A stretch of 27,271 nucleotides of DNA, taken from contig JBFFFX010000001.1 in assembly GCA_041557775.1 (NCBI GenBank), positions 1 through 27,271 on the forward strand, read 5' to 3'. This DNA comes from Acidimicrobiia bacterium (GTDB lineage: Bacteria > Actinomycetota > Acidimicrobiia > Spongiisociales > UBA5794). A program made the translations under genes and the position numbers. The notes under the pieces are model-generated. The model saw nothing but the letters and a program-made list of their open reading frames with translations, searched no databases and was not told the origin of the DNA. Below are positions 8,938 to 18,498 of the stretch, piece by piece. The first letter of the stretch is position 1. Each line of letters opens with the position of its first letter.

Positions 8938-9300
8938 ATGGAGATCGCCAAGCCGTCCGCCGCCGACCGCGCCTGGTTTCACAGTCTGCTCCCGGACGAT
9001 CCCCGCGTGGAGGCGAAGCCCATGTTCGGGAACCTGGGTGCCTTCGTGAACGGCAACATGTTCATGGGGCTCTTCGGTCCGGATGTCGGCCTCCGTCTCG
9101 ACCCGGCCGGAAGGGAGCAGCTCGAGGCGGTGGAAGGCAGCGGACCTTTCGGCCCGGAAGAGCGTCCGATGCGGGAGTACGTGGCGATCCCGCGAGCCTG
9201 GCGGGGCGACCCCGAGAAGGCAGATCCGTGGGTCCTACGTGCGCTCGAGCACACAGCCGCGATGCCGCCGAAGCGCCGCAAGCAGCGCAAGCGGAGCTGA
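8938..9300 (+). CDS. TfoX/Sxy N-terminal domain protein
   Basis: KPMFG..GAFVNGNMFMG and PMREYV motifs, 120 aa, basic C-terminal tail. Confidence 0.85.
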   Translation: MEIAKPSAADRAWFHSLLPDDPRVEAKPMFGNLGAFVNGNMFMGLFGPDVGLRLDPAGREQLEAVEGSGPFGPEERPMREYVAIPRAWRGDPEKADPWVLRALEHTAAMPPKRRKQRKRS

Positions 9301-9321
9301 GCTGCGAATCACCTGGCCGGC

Positions 9322-9810
9322 TCAGTCCGCGGACCGTGTGACGTCGGCCACGGTGGCCTCGAGCCAGGACAGCGCTGCGCCCGCGTCCATCGTCACGGAC
9401 ACGCCGTGCGCTCCACCGCCGATCGAGAGCACATCGAGATCGGCGACCGCGGCATCCGCGACCACCGGCAGCGGCCGGCGACAGCCGAAGGGGGTGATGG
9501 TGCCTCGCTCGTAGCCCGTGACGTTCTGCGCCTCGTCGGCATCGGGCAGCGAGAGGCGCCGCTCGCCGAGGACGGTGCGGAGCTTCGGCCAGTCGATCGC
9601 CCTGTCGCCCGGCACCAGCACGAGGACGTGATCGCCCGCCCTCCGTCGCACCACGAGGGTCTTGATCAATGCGCGGACCGGAACCCCGCGAAGTGCGGCT
9701 GCCTCCTCCGCGCTCCGGGCACGGCCGGTACGCACGACGCGGTGCTCCAGGCCGGATGCGGCGACGGCCCGCAGCGCCGGCGTGTCGGGCGCTGCACTGT
9801 CAGCCGTCAG
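9322..9810 (-). CDS. YbaK/EbsC (aminoacyl-tRNA deacylase) family protein; start uncertain, CTG proposed
   Basis: IKTLVV (conserved Lys), LVLVPGD, A..VTGYERGTITPFG, SIGGGAHG. There is no in-frame ATG or GTG near the family N-terminus; CTG at 9810 has AGGAG 7 nt upstream. Confidence 0.8.
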   Translation of the reverse strand: MTADSAAPDTPALRAVAASGLEHRVVRTGRARSAEEAAALRGVPVRALIKTLVVRRRAGDHVLVLVPGDRAIDWPKLRTVLGERRLSLPDADEAQNVTGYERGTITPFGCRRPLPVVADAAVADLDVLSIGGGAHGVSVTMDAGAALSWLEATVADVTRSAD

Positions 9811-11368
9811 CCTGCTGCTCCTGGTCTCGCAGCAGACGGCGGAGGATCTTGCCTGAAGCCGACTTCGGGATCTCCGCAACGAGGTCGAGCATGCGTATCT
9901 GCTTGTAGTGGGCGACGTGCTCGGCCACGAACTCCATGAGTGCTCGCGGGGCAGCGTCGTGGCCGGGCTTGAGCACCACGAACGCCTTGGGAAGCTCGCC
10001 GGCCTCGAGGTCCGGCACTCCGATGACGGCGGCGTCGGCGACGTCGGGGTGGGTCAGCAGCAGCGCCTCCAACTCGGCCGGTGGCACCTGGAATCCCTTG
10101 TACTTGATGAGCTCCTTGAGCCGGTCGACGACATAGAGGTGATCGTCGGCGTCGAGGTGTCCGATGTCGCCCGTGTGAAGCCAACCGTCCTCGTCGATGG
10201 TGATCGAGGTCGCCTGTGGACGGTTCAGGTAGCCCATCATCACTTGGGGACCACGAATCCAGATCTCGCCGTCCTCGTCGACGCCGAGATCAGCTCCAGT
10301 CTCGTTGTCGACCACGCGAACCTCGGTGTTCGAGATGGTCACGCCTGAGGAGCCGGGCTTGTAACCGCCGGGTGGTGTGGCATGTGTCACCGGGCTCGTC
10401 TCCGTGAGGCCGTAGCCCTGGACCACTTCGACGCCGAGCCGGGTAGCGGCCTCCTCAGCCAGCTCCGAGCTCAGCGGTGCCGCACCTGAGAAGACGATCC
10501 GCAGCGACGACAGGTCGTAGCGTTCGACGACCGGGTGCTTGGCGAGGGCCAGAACGATTGGCGGGACTGCATAGACCCGCGTGACGGCATGGTCCTGGAT
10601 GAGCTGGAGAAACTGCTCGAGGTCGAAGCGCGGCATGGTCACCGCCGTCGCCCCCCAACGCAGCACGCCGTTCATCAGGACCTGCATGCCGTAGATGTGG
10701 AAGAAGGGCAGCACGGCGAGCACGACCTCGTCACCCTCGAGACCAATCACGTGTTCACACTGGGCGAGGTTGGAGGCCAGATTGCGATGACTCAGCATGA
10801 CGCCCTTGGCGAGGCCCGTGGTGCCGGAGGAGTAGGGGAGCACGGCGATGTCCGCCGCCGGGTCGACGGGCTCCTGACCTGCCACCGGATCGGCTTCCAG
10901 CAAGGCGGCGAACGGCGTTGCGCCTTCGACTTCTCCGAACACGAAGATCTCCTCGACCGAGCTCGCCGCGGTAGCTTCTCGCGCGGTTGCCAGGAACATC
11001 GGAATGGTCAGCAAGAAGCGGGCACCGGCGTCGTTGAGCTGGTACTCGACCTCTTCTGCGGTGTACGTGGGGTTGATCGTCGTGACGATGCCACCGAGGA
11101 GCACGACGGCGTGAAAGGCGATCGCGTACTCCGGGAGGTTCGGCGCCATGATGGCGAACACGTCGTCCTTGCCGAAGCCGCGTGCCCTGAGGCCTCCGGC
11201 GACCTTGTGGATCGCCCCATGGATCTGCGCGTAGGTGTAGCTTCGCCCGGTTGGTCCATCGATGAGCGCGACCCTGTCGCTGTGCTCGTCTACGCCTTCG
11301 AAGACATAGGGAGTGATCGGTTGGTCGGGCAGGTCGACATGCGGTAGCGGACTGGTGAAGACGGTCAT
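9800..11368 (-). CDS. 4-coumarate--CoA ligase-like AMP-dependent acyl-CoA synthetase
   Basis: PYSSGTTGLAKGV AMP-binding loop, LPFFHIYG, QGYGLTETSP, WLHTGDIG, DRLKELIKYKGFQVPPAELE, GELPKAFVV, PKSASGKILRR. AGGAG RBS before ATG 11368. Confidence 0.92.
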   Translation of the reverse strand: MTVFTSPLPHVDLPDQPITPYVFEGVDEHSDRVALIDGPTGRSYTYAQIHGAIHKVAGGLRARGFGKDDVFAIMAPNLPEYAIAFHAVVLLGGIVTTINPTYTAEEVEYQLNDAGARFLLTIPMFLATAREATAASSVEEIFVFGEVEGATPFAALLEADPVAGQEPVDPAADIAVLPYSSGTTGLAKGVMLSHRNLASNLAQCEHVIGLEGDEVVLAVLPFFHIYGMQVLMNGVLRWGATAVTMPRFDLEQFLQLIQDHAVTRVYAVPPIVLALAKHPVVERYDLSSLRIVFSGAAPLSSELAEEAATRLGVEVVQGYGLTETSPVTHATPPGGYKPGSSGVTISNTEVRVVDNETGADLGVDEDGEIWIRGPQVMMGYLNRPQATSITIDEDGWLHTGDIGHLDADDHLYVVDRLKELIKYKGFQVPPAELEALLLTHPDVADAAVIGVPDLEAGELPKAFVVLKPGHDAAPRALMEFVAEHVAHYKQIRMLDLVAEIPKSASGKILRRLLRDQEQQADG

Positions 11369-11495
11369 GGCGGGCAACTCCTGATGTCGGCGCATCGAGC
11401 CTACAGGTGACGACCGCCTCGGGTCCGGCGTGGGAGCAGTGGGTCTCTCTCGGCCGGCACGCGATAATCGGTGGGTGACCGAGGGAGGGTCTGTG

Positions 11496-12794
11496 GTGCA
11501 TCACGCCGTCGAGACGTTGCCGACCGAGGAGCTGCGCACACTCCAGGACCAGCGCCTGGCCGCGACCATGGCGCGTGTCCGTGGCGCGGATGCGCCGTTT
11601 TGGCGCGAGAAGCTGGCCGGATTCCCGGAGGATGGCTCGCTCGACCGGATCGCCGAGCTTCCGTTCACGACGAAGCCCGAATTCCGTAGTGCCTACCCGT
11701 ACGGCATGTTCGCCGTCGACACCGATGCGGTGGTCCGCGTGCACGCCTCGTCGGGCACTTCGGGCAAGCCGACCATCGTCGGCTACACGGCGGGCGACGT
11801 GGCGATCTTTGCCGAGGTGAACGCCCGCGCCCTCGCCATGGCGGGGGCACGTCCCGACGACATCGTCCACGTCGCCTACGGGTACGGGTTGTTCACCGGC
11901 GGGCTCGGGCTCCACTACGGCGTCGAAGCCGTGGGGGCGGTGGCGGTGCCGGCGTCGGGCGGCAACGTGGGCTTCCAGATCGGGCTGCTCGCCGATCTGG
12001 GCGCAACGGGTCTGGCCTGTACGCCCTCGTTCTCGTTGCTGCTGGCGGAGCGTGCCGCCGAGGCGGGGTTGCTGGATGGGATTCGCCTTCGGTGGGGGAT
12101 TCACGGTGCGGAGCCCTGGTCGGAAGGTCTTCGGGAGAAGATCGAGGCTGCCTGGGGCGGCGGGTTCGATGCGTGCGACATCTACGGGCTCTCCGAGATC
12201 ATCGGCCCGGGGGTGGCTCAAGAATGCCGGGAGAACAAGGGCGGCATGCACGTCATGGAGGATCATTTCTATCCCGAGATCGTCGAACCCCTGTCCGGCG
12301 AGCCGGTGCCAGATGGTGAATCGGGAGAGCTCGTGCTGACGACCTTGACCAAGGAGGCACAGCCCGTGATCCGGTACCGCACCGGAGACATCACGCGCTT
12401 CCTCCCGGGCGGATGTCCCTGCGGGCGGACGTTGCGGCGCATCGCACGGCTGGAGGGTCGGGCGGACGACATGCTCATCATCCGCGGCATCAATGTGTAT
12501 CCGCGGGAGATCGAAACCGTCTTGATGTCCGACCCCGATGTGGGCGGGCAGTTCGCCATCGTGGTGGACCGTCGCGGCACGCTGGTCGAGGTAGAGGCGC
12601 GCGTGGAGCTCGCCGATGCCGACCGGGCGCCGCTCCGACAGACCATCGCACACCGGCTCCAGCGGCAGCTCGCCGCGACCGTGCGGCTCCGAATCACCGT
12701 CTCGGTCGGGGATCCCGGAAGCATCCCACGCGCCGAGTTGGGCAAGGCGAAGCGAGTCTTCGATCGCTATGACGACGCGGACCCGGTGAGCTGA
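11496..12794 (+). CDS. paaK: Phenylacetate--CoA ligase family protein
   Basis: YPYGMFAV..VVRVHASSGTSGKPT, YGYGLFTGGLG, GAEPWSE, DIYGLSE, EDHFYPEI, TTLTKEAQPVIRYRTGD, GRADDMLIIRGINVYP. GGAGG RBS 7 nt before GTG 11496. The true substrate is not established. Confidence 0.85.
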   Translation: MHHAVETLPTEELRTLQDQRLAATMARVRGADAPFWREKLAGFPEDGSLDRIAELPFTTKPEFRSAYPYGMFAVDTDAVVRVHASSGTSGKPTIVGYTAGDVAIFAEVNARALAMAGARPDDIVHVAYGYGLFTGGLGLHYGVEAVGAVAVPASGGNVGFQIGLLADLGATGLACTPSFSLLLAERAAEAGLLDGIRLRWGIHGAEPWSEGLREKIEAAWGGGFDACDIYGLSEIIGPGVAQECRENKGGMHVMEDHFYPEIVEPLSGEPVPDGESGELVLTTLTKEAQPVIRYRTGDITRFLPGGCPCGRTLRRIARLEGRADDMLIIRGINVYPREIETVLMSDPDVGGQFAIVVDRRGTLVEVEARVELADADRAPLRQTIAHRLQRQLAATVRLRITVSVGDPGSIPRAELGKAKRVFDRYDDADPVS

Positions 12795-13082
12795 GACCAT
12801 ATTCAAGGACGCACCTGTCGGCAGTTGGGCCCTGCCGTTCGGGGCAACGTCCCTCGCTGCCACTTCGGACTGGAAGTTCGCGAGAGAGGTGTGTGCGGCA
12901 AGAACGAGGTCGTGTGTTTACATTACGGAGGTCGCGACCGAGGCGGCAGGCATCGCTCCGGCCGATACGTCCGCACCACCACCGACCGAAGGGCCGGCGG
13001 AGAGCGAGACGACGGACAGGATCTCGATGAGCCGGTACGGTCGAGACCGTATGCCATTGCGCAGCCGACGAGGAGGAGAGAG

Positions 13083-14588
13083 ATGCACCGAAACCCGCAT
13101 GGCGGACTGTGGCGTCCGTTGCTGATGCTGACGATGGTGTTCGCGTTGATCGCCGCGGCGTGCGGCGGCGATGCGGAGCCCGAAGGCGAGATCGTGATCG
13201 CCATCGGCTCGGAGCCGTCGACGCTCGACCCGCATCTGCGCGACGACGGTGGCGAGCGCGCCGTCAACGACAACATCTATGAGACGTTGCTCTCGCGTGA
13301 CTCGAACGGTGAGCTGCAGCCGCTCCTGGCGGCCGCGCTGCCCACCCAGCTCGATGACACCACGTGGGAAGTCGAGATTCGTGACGGCATATCCTTCACG
13401 AACGGGAATGCCCTCGACGCGGCTGCAGTGAAGGCCTCCTTCGACCGGCTGGTCGGTCTCGGTGACGAATCGGAGCAATCCGGGTTCTTCGGTTCCATCG
13501 CCGGTGTCGAGGTCGTCGACGACATGACCGTGCGGTTCACGACCGACGGCCCCGATCCCATCCTGCCGGCGAAGCTGTACTGGCTGAAGGTCATCGACGC
13601 GTCCGAGGTCGGCGAGGGGTACGACGAGAACCCCGTCGGCACGGGCCCGTACCAGTTCGTGTCGTGGAACCGAGGCAGCAGCGTCGTCCTCGAGGCCAAC
13701 CCGGGCTACTGGGGTGATGCGCCTGCGATCCAGCAGGTGACGTTCCGCTTCATCGAGGAATCGGGCACACGCTTGTCCGGTCTGCTCTCCGGAGAGTTCG
13801 ATCTGATCACGAACCTGTCGCCTGACGACGCCGACACGGCGCCGAAGTCGGTCAGCGTGGTCGGACTCGAGCATCCGATCATGATTCTGAGCACGATCGA
13901 CGGTCCGACCGCCGATGTCCGTGTGCGCCAGGCCATGAACTATGCCATCGACAAGGAAGCCCTGGCCGATTCGCTGTACGGCGGCGCCGCCGCGGTGGAT
14001 CAATGCCAGATCCTCAGCTCGACCGTGTTCGGGTTCAACGCCGACCTCGATGCGTACGACTACGACCCCGATCGTGCTCGTGAGCTGCTTGCGGACGCCG
14101 GCGCCGAAGGCGCCACGATCGACCTGGTCGGCGAGTCCGGCCGCTGGCTCAAGGACCGCGAGTTGATCGAGGCCGTGGCCAACTACTGGGACGACGTGGG
14201 TCTCGACACCAACGTCCAGATCTTCGAGTTCGGTGAGTACCTGAACCGGCTCTTCGATCGGGAGACGAGGGCCTCGGCGATCTTCGTGTCGAGCTCCAAC
14301 GACATCCTGGATCCGAGCCGCCAGCTCGGGACGTATTACTCGCCGGAGGGCATCGGCTCGTCGAACCAGGACGCCGAGATGCTGGACTGGGTCACCCGGG
14401 CCGCGGTCGAGACGGACGTCGACGCCCGCGAGGACCTGTACCTCCAGGCGACGGAGCGGGCCTGCGACGACGCCTACTTCGCGTTCTTGTTGAACATCGA
14501 AGACAGCTACGGGACGAGCGAGCGCCTCGATTGGGCGCCGCGGGTCGACGCCAAGCTGCTGGTGAGCGAGATGTCGCTCTCCGGCTGA
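13083..14588 (+). CDS. ABC transporter family-5 (Dpp/Opp-like) substrate-binding lipoprotein
   Basis: GAGGAGG RBS, lipobox IAAAC, EPSTLDP, IYETL, PVGTGPYQF, DVRVRQAMNYAID. Confidence 0.92.
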   Translation: MHRNPHGGLWRPLLMLTMVFALIAAACGGDAEPEGEIVIAIGSEPSTLDPHLRDDGGERAVNDNIYETLLSRDSNGELQPLLAAALPTQLDDTTWEVEIRDGISFTNGNALDAAAVKASFDRLVGLGDESEQSGFFGSIAGVEVVDDMTVRFTTDGPDPILPAKLYWLKVIDASEVGEGYDENPVGTGPYQFVSWNRGSSVVLEANPGYWGDAPAIQQVTFRFIEESGTRLSGLLSGEFDLITNLSPDDADTAPKSVSVVGLEHPIMILSTIDGPTADVRVRQAMNYAIDKEALADSLYGGAAAVDQCQILSSTVFGFNADLDAYDYDPDRARELLADAGAEGATIDLVGESGRWLKDRELIEAVANYWDDVGLDTNVQIFEFGEYLNRLFDRETRASAIFVSSSNDILDPSRQLGTYYSPEGIGSSNQDAEMLDWVTRAAVETDVDAREDLYLQATERACDDAYFAFLLNIEDSYGTSERLDWAPRVDAKLLVSEMSLSG

Positions 14589-14606
14589 CGAAAGGCTGAA
14601 TGAAGA

Positions 14607-15527
14607 GTGGGCCGGTTTGCCCTCCAGCGGGCGCTTCAGGGCCTGGTCGTCATCGTCGGAGTGACCATCGTGGTGTTCGTGGTCACCCGGTTGATCGGCG
14701 ATCCGGTGTCCCTGATGCTCCCGCTGGAGGCGACGGCCGAGGAGCGGGCGGCGTTTGCCGCGTCCCTCGGCCTCGACCGGTCCATTCCGGTGCAGTTCTG
14801 GGACTTCGTCCGGGGTGCCGTTCGCTTCGACTTCGGGGACTCGCTGTGGCAAGGAAGACCCGCCTTCGAGATCATCCTCGAGGTGCTGCCCCGCACGGTC
14901 ATGCTGGTCCTGGCGGGTCTCGGGCTGGCCATCGTTCTGGCGGTCCCGGTCGGGATCTTCGCCGCGCTGCGTCCTGGCTCGTGGACGGATCGCAGCCTCG
15001 TGGCGGGGAGCCTGTTCGGTCTGTCGGTTCCTCAGTTCTGGCTCGGTTTGATGTTGATCTTGTTCTTCGGCGTGACGCTGCGGCTGTTGCCGACGTCGGG
15101 TTCGGGGACCTTCCGCCATCTCATCCTGCCGGCGATCACGCTGGCGCTGCCCGCCTTCGGCCGGCTGACGATGATGGTGCGCTCGTCGATGATCGATGAG
15201 TTGGAGGCCGGCTATGTGGACACCGCCCGGGCCAAGGGCATGCCGGAATGGCGGACCGTGTTCGTGCACGCGTTCCGCAACGCCTCCAACCCGGTGGTCA
15301 CCTTGGCGGGGTGGGAGCTCATCCGAGCGATCGCCGGATACTCCGTAGTCGTGGAGACCGTGTTCGCCTGGCCGGGCATCGGCTTCATGGCGATCCAGGC
15401 GATTCAGCAGCAGGATCTGATTCTGTTGCAGGCGATCGTGTTCGTGGTGGCGGTCATCGTGGTGATCGTGAACCTGCTCTTGGACTTCGCTTACAAGCTC
15501 ATCGATCCCCGGATTCAGTTCGCATGA
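14607..15527 (+). CDS. ABC importer permease (DppB/OppB-like)
   Basis: GDP in the N-terminal region, SVPQFWLG, HLILPAITL and EAA loop YVDTARAKG. Confidence 0.92.
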   Translation: MGRFALQRALQGLVVIVGVTIVVFVVTRLIGDPVSLMLPLEATAEERAAFAASLGLDRSIPVQFWDFVRGAVRFDFGDSLWQGRPAFEIILEVLPRTVMLVLAGLGLAIVLAVPVGIFAALRPGSWTDRSLVAGSLFGLSVPQFWLGLMLILFFGVTLRLLPTSGSGTFRHLILPAITLALPAFGRLTMMVRSSMIDELEAGYVDTARAKGMPEWRTVFVHAFRNASNPVVTLAGWELIRAIAGYSVVVETVFAWPGIGFMAIQAIQQQDLILLQAIVFVVAVIVVIVNLLLDFAYKLIDPRIQFA

Positions 15528-16474
15528 CCGCATCGACCGACGCCCTCGATCCGACGGCGACCCTCGACCAGGACGCCAGTCATGTGTCGGCCGGCTTCTT
15601 CGCCGACCTGTGGCGGGACAAAGCCGGATTCATCGGTTTGGCGTTTCTGGTGATGCTCGTCGTGATCGCGGTGTTCGCTCCTGTGTTCGCTCCCCACGAT
15701 CCGGCGGCGCAACAACTCACGGAGCGTCTTCAACCCCCGGCGTGGGCGGACGGCGGGACCAGCACCCACCTGCTCGGCACGGACAACCTGGGCCGGGACG
15801 TGTTGTCGCGGCTCATCTACGGTGCGCGCATCTCGATCATGGTCGGTTTCGCGGTCGTCGCCGTCGCCGGGTCCGTAGGCGTCGTGGCCGGGCTCTTCGC
15901 CGGCTACAAGGGGGGCAGGGTCGATGCCACCATCATGCGGATCGTGGACACCCAGGTCGCGTTCCCGGGTCTCCTGCTGGCGCTGATCATCCTCACGGTC
16001 GTCGGTCCCAGTGCAACCACCGTGATCATCGTGCTCTCGATCAACGGCTGGATGGTGTACGCAAGGGTCACGAGAGGCGCGGTGCTCTCCCTCAAGGAGC
16101 GTGACTACGTGGAGGCGGCGGAATTGATCGGTGCGCCGTCGCGCCGGGTGATCTTCCGCCACATCTTGCCGGGTCTCACCGCCCCGCTGCTGACCCTGCT
16201 GATCCTCGAGTTTGCCCGCATCATCCTCGCCGAGGCCGCCCTTTCGTTCCTCGGCCTTGGGATCCAGCCGCCGCAGACGTCGTGGGGTCTCGATGTCGCC
16301 ATCGGCCGCGACTACATCTTCAACTCGTGGTGGCTGGTGACCTTCCCGGGCATCGCGATCGCTTTCACGGTGCTCAGCGCCAACATGGTGGCGAGTTGGT
16401 TCAGGATCCGCACCAATCCGCTGGCTCGCGCCAAGCGGTTCGCCGCCTACAGCGTGCGCGACGGAGATGTGTGA
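15524..16474 (+). CDS. ABC importer permease (DppC/OppC-like)
   Basis: ATGA overlap with the upstream stop. HLLGTDNLGRDVLSRLIYGARISI, EAA loop YVEAAELIGA, AEAALSFLGLGIQPP. Confidence 0.92.
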   Translation: MTASTDALDPTATLDQDASHVSAGFFADLWRDKAGFIGLAFLVMLVVIAVFAPVFAPHDPAAQQLTERLQPPAWADGGTSTHLLGTDNLGRDVLSRLIYGARISIMVGFAVVAVAGSVGVVAGLFAGYKGGRVDATIMRIVDTQVAFPGLLLALIILTVVGPSATTVIIVLSINGWMVYARVTRGAVLSLKERDYVEAAELIGAPSRRVIFRHILPGLTAPLLTLLILEFARIILAEAALSFLGLGIQPPQTSWGLDVAIGRDYIFNSWWLVTFPGIAIAFTVLSANMVASWFRIRTNPLARAKRFAAYSVRDGDV

Positions 16475-17492
16475 CGTGGCCCGCACCGATGCCCCGCTTC
16501 TCGAGGTCAAGGATCTCTCCGTGTCGTTCTTCACGCCCCGGGGGACGGTGCGCGCGGTCCGTGGCGTGAACCTCGCGCTGGGCGCAGGTGAGACGCTCGG
16601 GATCGTCGGCGAGTCGGGATCGGGTAAGACCGTGACGGCGCGGGCCATCCTCGGGCTGGTCGAGCTGCCGGGGAAGATCACCGGCGGCGATGTGATGTGG
16701 AAGGGCAAGTCGGTCGTCAACGGCTCACGGGCCCGCTCCCGGGCCCGGACGATGCGCGGCAAGGAAGCGTCGATGGTGTTCCAGAATCCCATGACGTCGC
16801 TCAACCCGCTCATCTCCATCGGCGATCAGATCGGCGAAGTACTGCGACACCATCTCGGTATGAAGAAGCCGGAGGCGCGGGAGCGGGCAATCGATCTGCT
16901 CGCGATCGTGGGCATGTCGAACCCCCAACGCCGGGTCGATCAGTACCCGCACGAGTTCTCCGGCGGGATGCGGCAGCGGGCGATGATCGCCATGGCGCTG
17001 GCCTGCGAGCCGGAGTTGCTCATCGCCGACGAGCCGACGACGGCGCTGGACGTCACGATCCAGGCGCAGATCCTCGAGCTGATCGCCGACCTCCAGCAGC
17101 GGCTCGGCCTGGCGGTCATCTTGATCACGCATGACCTGGCCGTGGTCGCCGGGGTCTGCCATCGCATCGAGGTGATGTACGCCGGGCGGTTCATCGAAGA
17201 GGGCTCTGCGCGGGACATGTTTCGCCGGCCGCGCCACCCGTACACGGCAGGCCTGCTGCGCTCCACGCCGCGCCTCGACGTCATCGTGCCGCGGCTGCAT
17301 GCGATCGACGGGGCGCCGCCGGACCTGCGCCTCCCCGTCCGGGGGTGTGCCTTCCATGCCCGATGCGAATACGGCCGCGCCGAATGCTTGACCGAGGAAC
17401 CGGTCCTGTTCGGCGCACCCGGCGAGCCGTCGGTGGCGTGCCGATTCCCGCTCGACACGGCCGTCGAGTTCACAAAGGCGCCGCATGAGTGA
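16467..17492 (+). CDS. ABC importer ATP-binding subunit (DppD/OppD-like)
   Basis: GESGSGKT, YPHEFSGGMRQR, LIADEPTTALDV, ITHD, HPYT and a C-terminal Cys cluster. Alternative start at GTG 16476. Confidence 0.92.
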   Translation: MCDVARTDAPLLEVKDLSVSFFTPRGTVRAVRGVNLALGAGETLGIVGESGSGKTVTARAILGLVELPGKITGGDVMWKGKSVVNGSRARSRARTMRGKEASMVFQNPMTSLNPLISIGDQIGEVLRHHLGMKKPEARERAIDLLAIVGMSNPQRRVDQYPHEFSGGMRQRAMIAMALACEPELLIADEPTTALDVTIQAQILELIADLQQRLGLAVILITHDLAVVAGVCHRIEVMYAGRFIEEGSARDMFRRPRHPYTAGLLRSTPRLDVIVPRLHAIDGAPPDLRLPVRGCAFHARCEYGRAECLTEEPVLFGAPGEPSVACRFPLDTAVEFTKAPHE

Positions 17493-18498
17493 GCCCCTCG
17501 TCCAAGTCGCCGATCTCAGCGTCCACTTCGACATGGGCCGCAAGGGTTTCTGGGGGTCGGAACGGCAGCACCTCTCGGCCGTCGACCACATCAGCTTTGC
17601 GATTGCGCCCGGTGAGGTGCTGGGGCTCGTCGGGGAATCGGGTTCAGGAAAGACCACGACGGGTCGCGCCATCTTGCGCCGCGTCCCCGCCGCCACGGGG
17701 TCGGTGCGTTTCGACGGTGCCGACATCACCACGCTGGACGGGGAGGAGCTGCGCCGGCTGCGGCGTCACATGCAGCCCGTCCACCAGGACCCGTATGGCA
17801 GCCTCAACCCGCGGCACTCGGTCCTGCAGATCATCGCCGAGCCGCTGCTCGTCCACGGGCTGATCGACAGGATCGAGGATGCTCGCGAGGAGGTGGGTGC
17901 CTTCTTGGACATGGTGGGCATGCCGCCCGACTCGCTCGACCGCTACCCGCATGCCTTCAGCGGCGGGCAGTTGCAGCGCATCGGGATCGCCCGGGCACTG
18001 GTGCTCAAGCCGCGGTTCATCGTGGCCGACGAGCCCGTGTCGGCGCTCGACGTCTCGATCCAGGCGCAGATCGTCAACCTCATGCAGGATCTGCGGTCAG
18101 AGCTCACCCTCACCTACCTGTTCATTGCGCACGATCTCTCCGTGGTGCGCCACATCTCGGACCGGATTGCGATCATGTATGCCGGGCAGCTCGTCGAGGT
18201 CGCCGGCAAGGACGCCGTGTACGACCGGCCCGCCCACCCCTACACGCAGGCGTTGCTCTCCGCGGTGCCGATCCCGGACCCGGAGATCGAGGCGAGACGG
18301 AAGCGCGTGCGGGTCGAGGGTGAGGTGCCCAATCTGATCGATCCCCCGCCGGGATGCCGCTTTGCCTCGCGCTGTCCGTTCGTGCAGGAGAGGTGCCGCG
18401 AGGAATCGCCTGTGCTGAGGGCGATCGGTGAGGGACACGAGGCGGCATGCCACTTCGTGGAGGACATCCCGCCGATCGAGCTGGCGGCGAGGACGTGA
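17485..18498 (+). CDS. ABC importer ATP-binding subunit (DppF/OppF-like)
   Basis: GESGSGKTT, YPHAFSGGQLQR, VADEPVSALDVS, IAHDL, HPYTQALLSAVP, PPPGCRFASRCP. Confidence 0.92.
   Translation: MSEPLVQVADLSVHFDMGRKGFWGSERQHLSAVDHISFAIAPGEVLGLVGESGSGKTTTGRAILRRVPAATGSVRFDGADITTLDGEELRRLRRHMQPVHQDPYGSLNPRHSVLQIIAEPLLVHGLIDRIEDAREEVGAFLDMVGMPPDSLDRYPHAFSGGQLQRIGIARALVLKPRFIVADEPVSALDVSIQAQIVNLMQDLRSELTLTYLFIAHDLSVVRHISDRIAIMYAGQLVEVAGKDAVYDRPAHPYTQALLSAVPIPDPEIEARRKRVRVEGEVPNLIDPPPGCRFASRCPFVQERCREESPVLRAIGEGHEAACHFVEDIPPIELAART

Noticed and set aside
10755-12863. 702-aa minus-strand ORF
   Set aside because: It is part antisense to paaK and part off-frame to the 4CL-like gene; Arg/Pro/Gly-rich with no motifs.
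12889-13125. 78-aa ORF with an Ala/Pro/Thr/Glu-rich stretch upstream of the SBP gene
   Set aside because: It has no RBS, overlaps the SBP start in another frame, and has no recognisable family; more likely promoter or UTR sequence.
12918-15533. 871-aa minus-strand ORF
   Set aside because: It is the antisense of the SBP and permease genes, with composition typical of shadow ORFs and no domain signatures.
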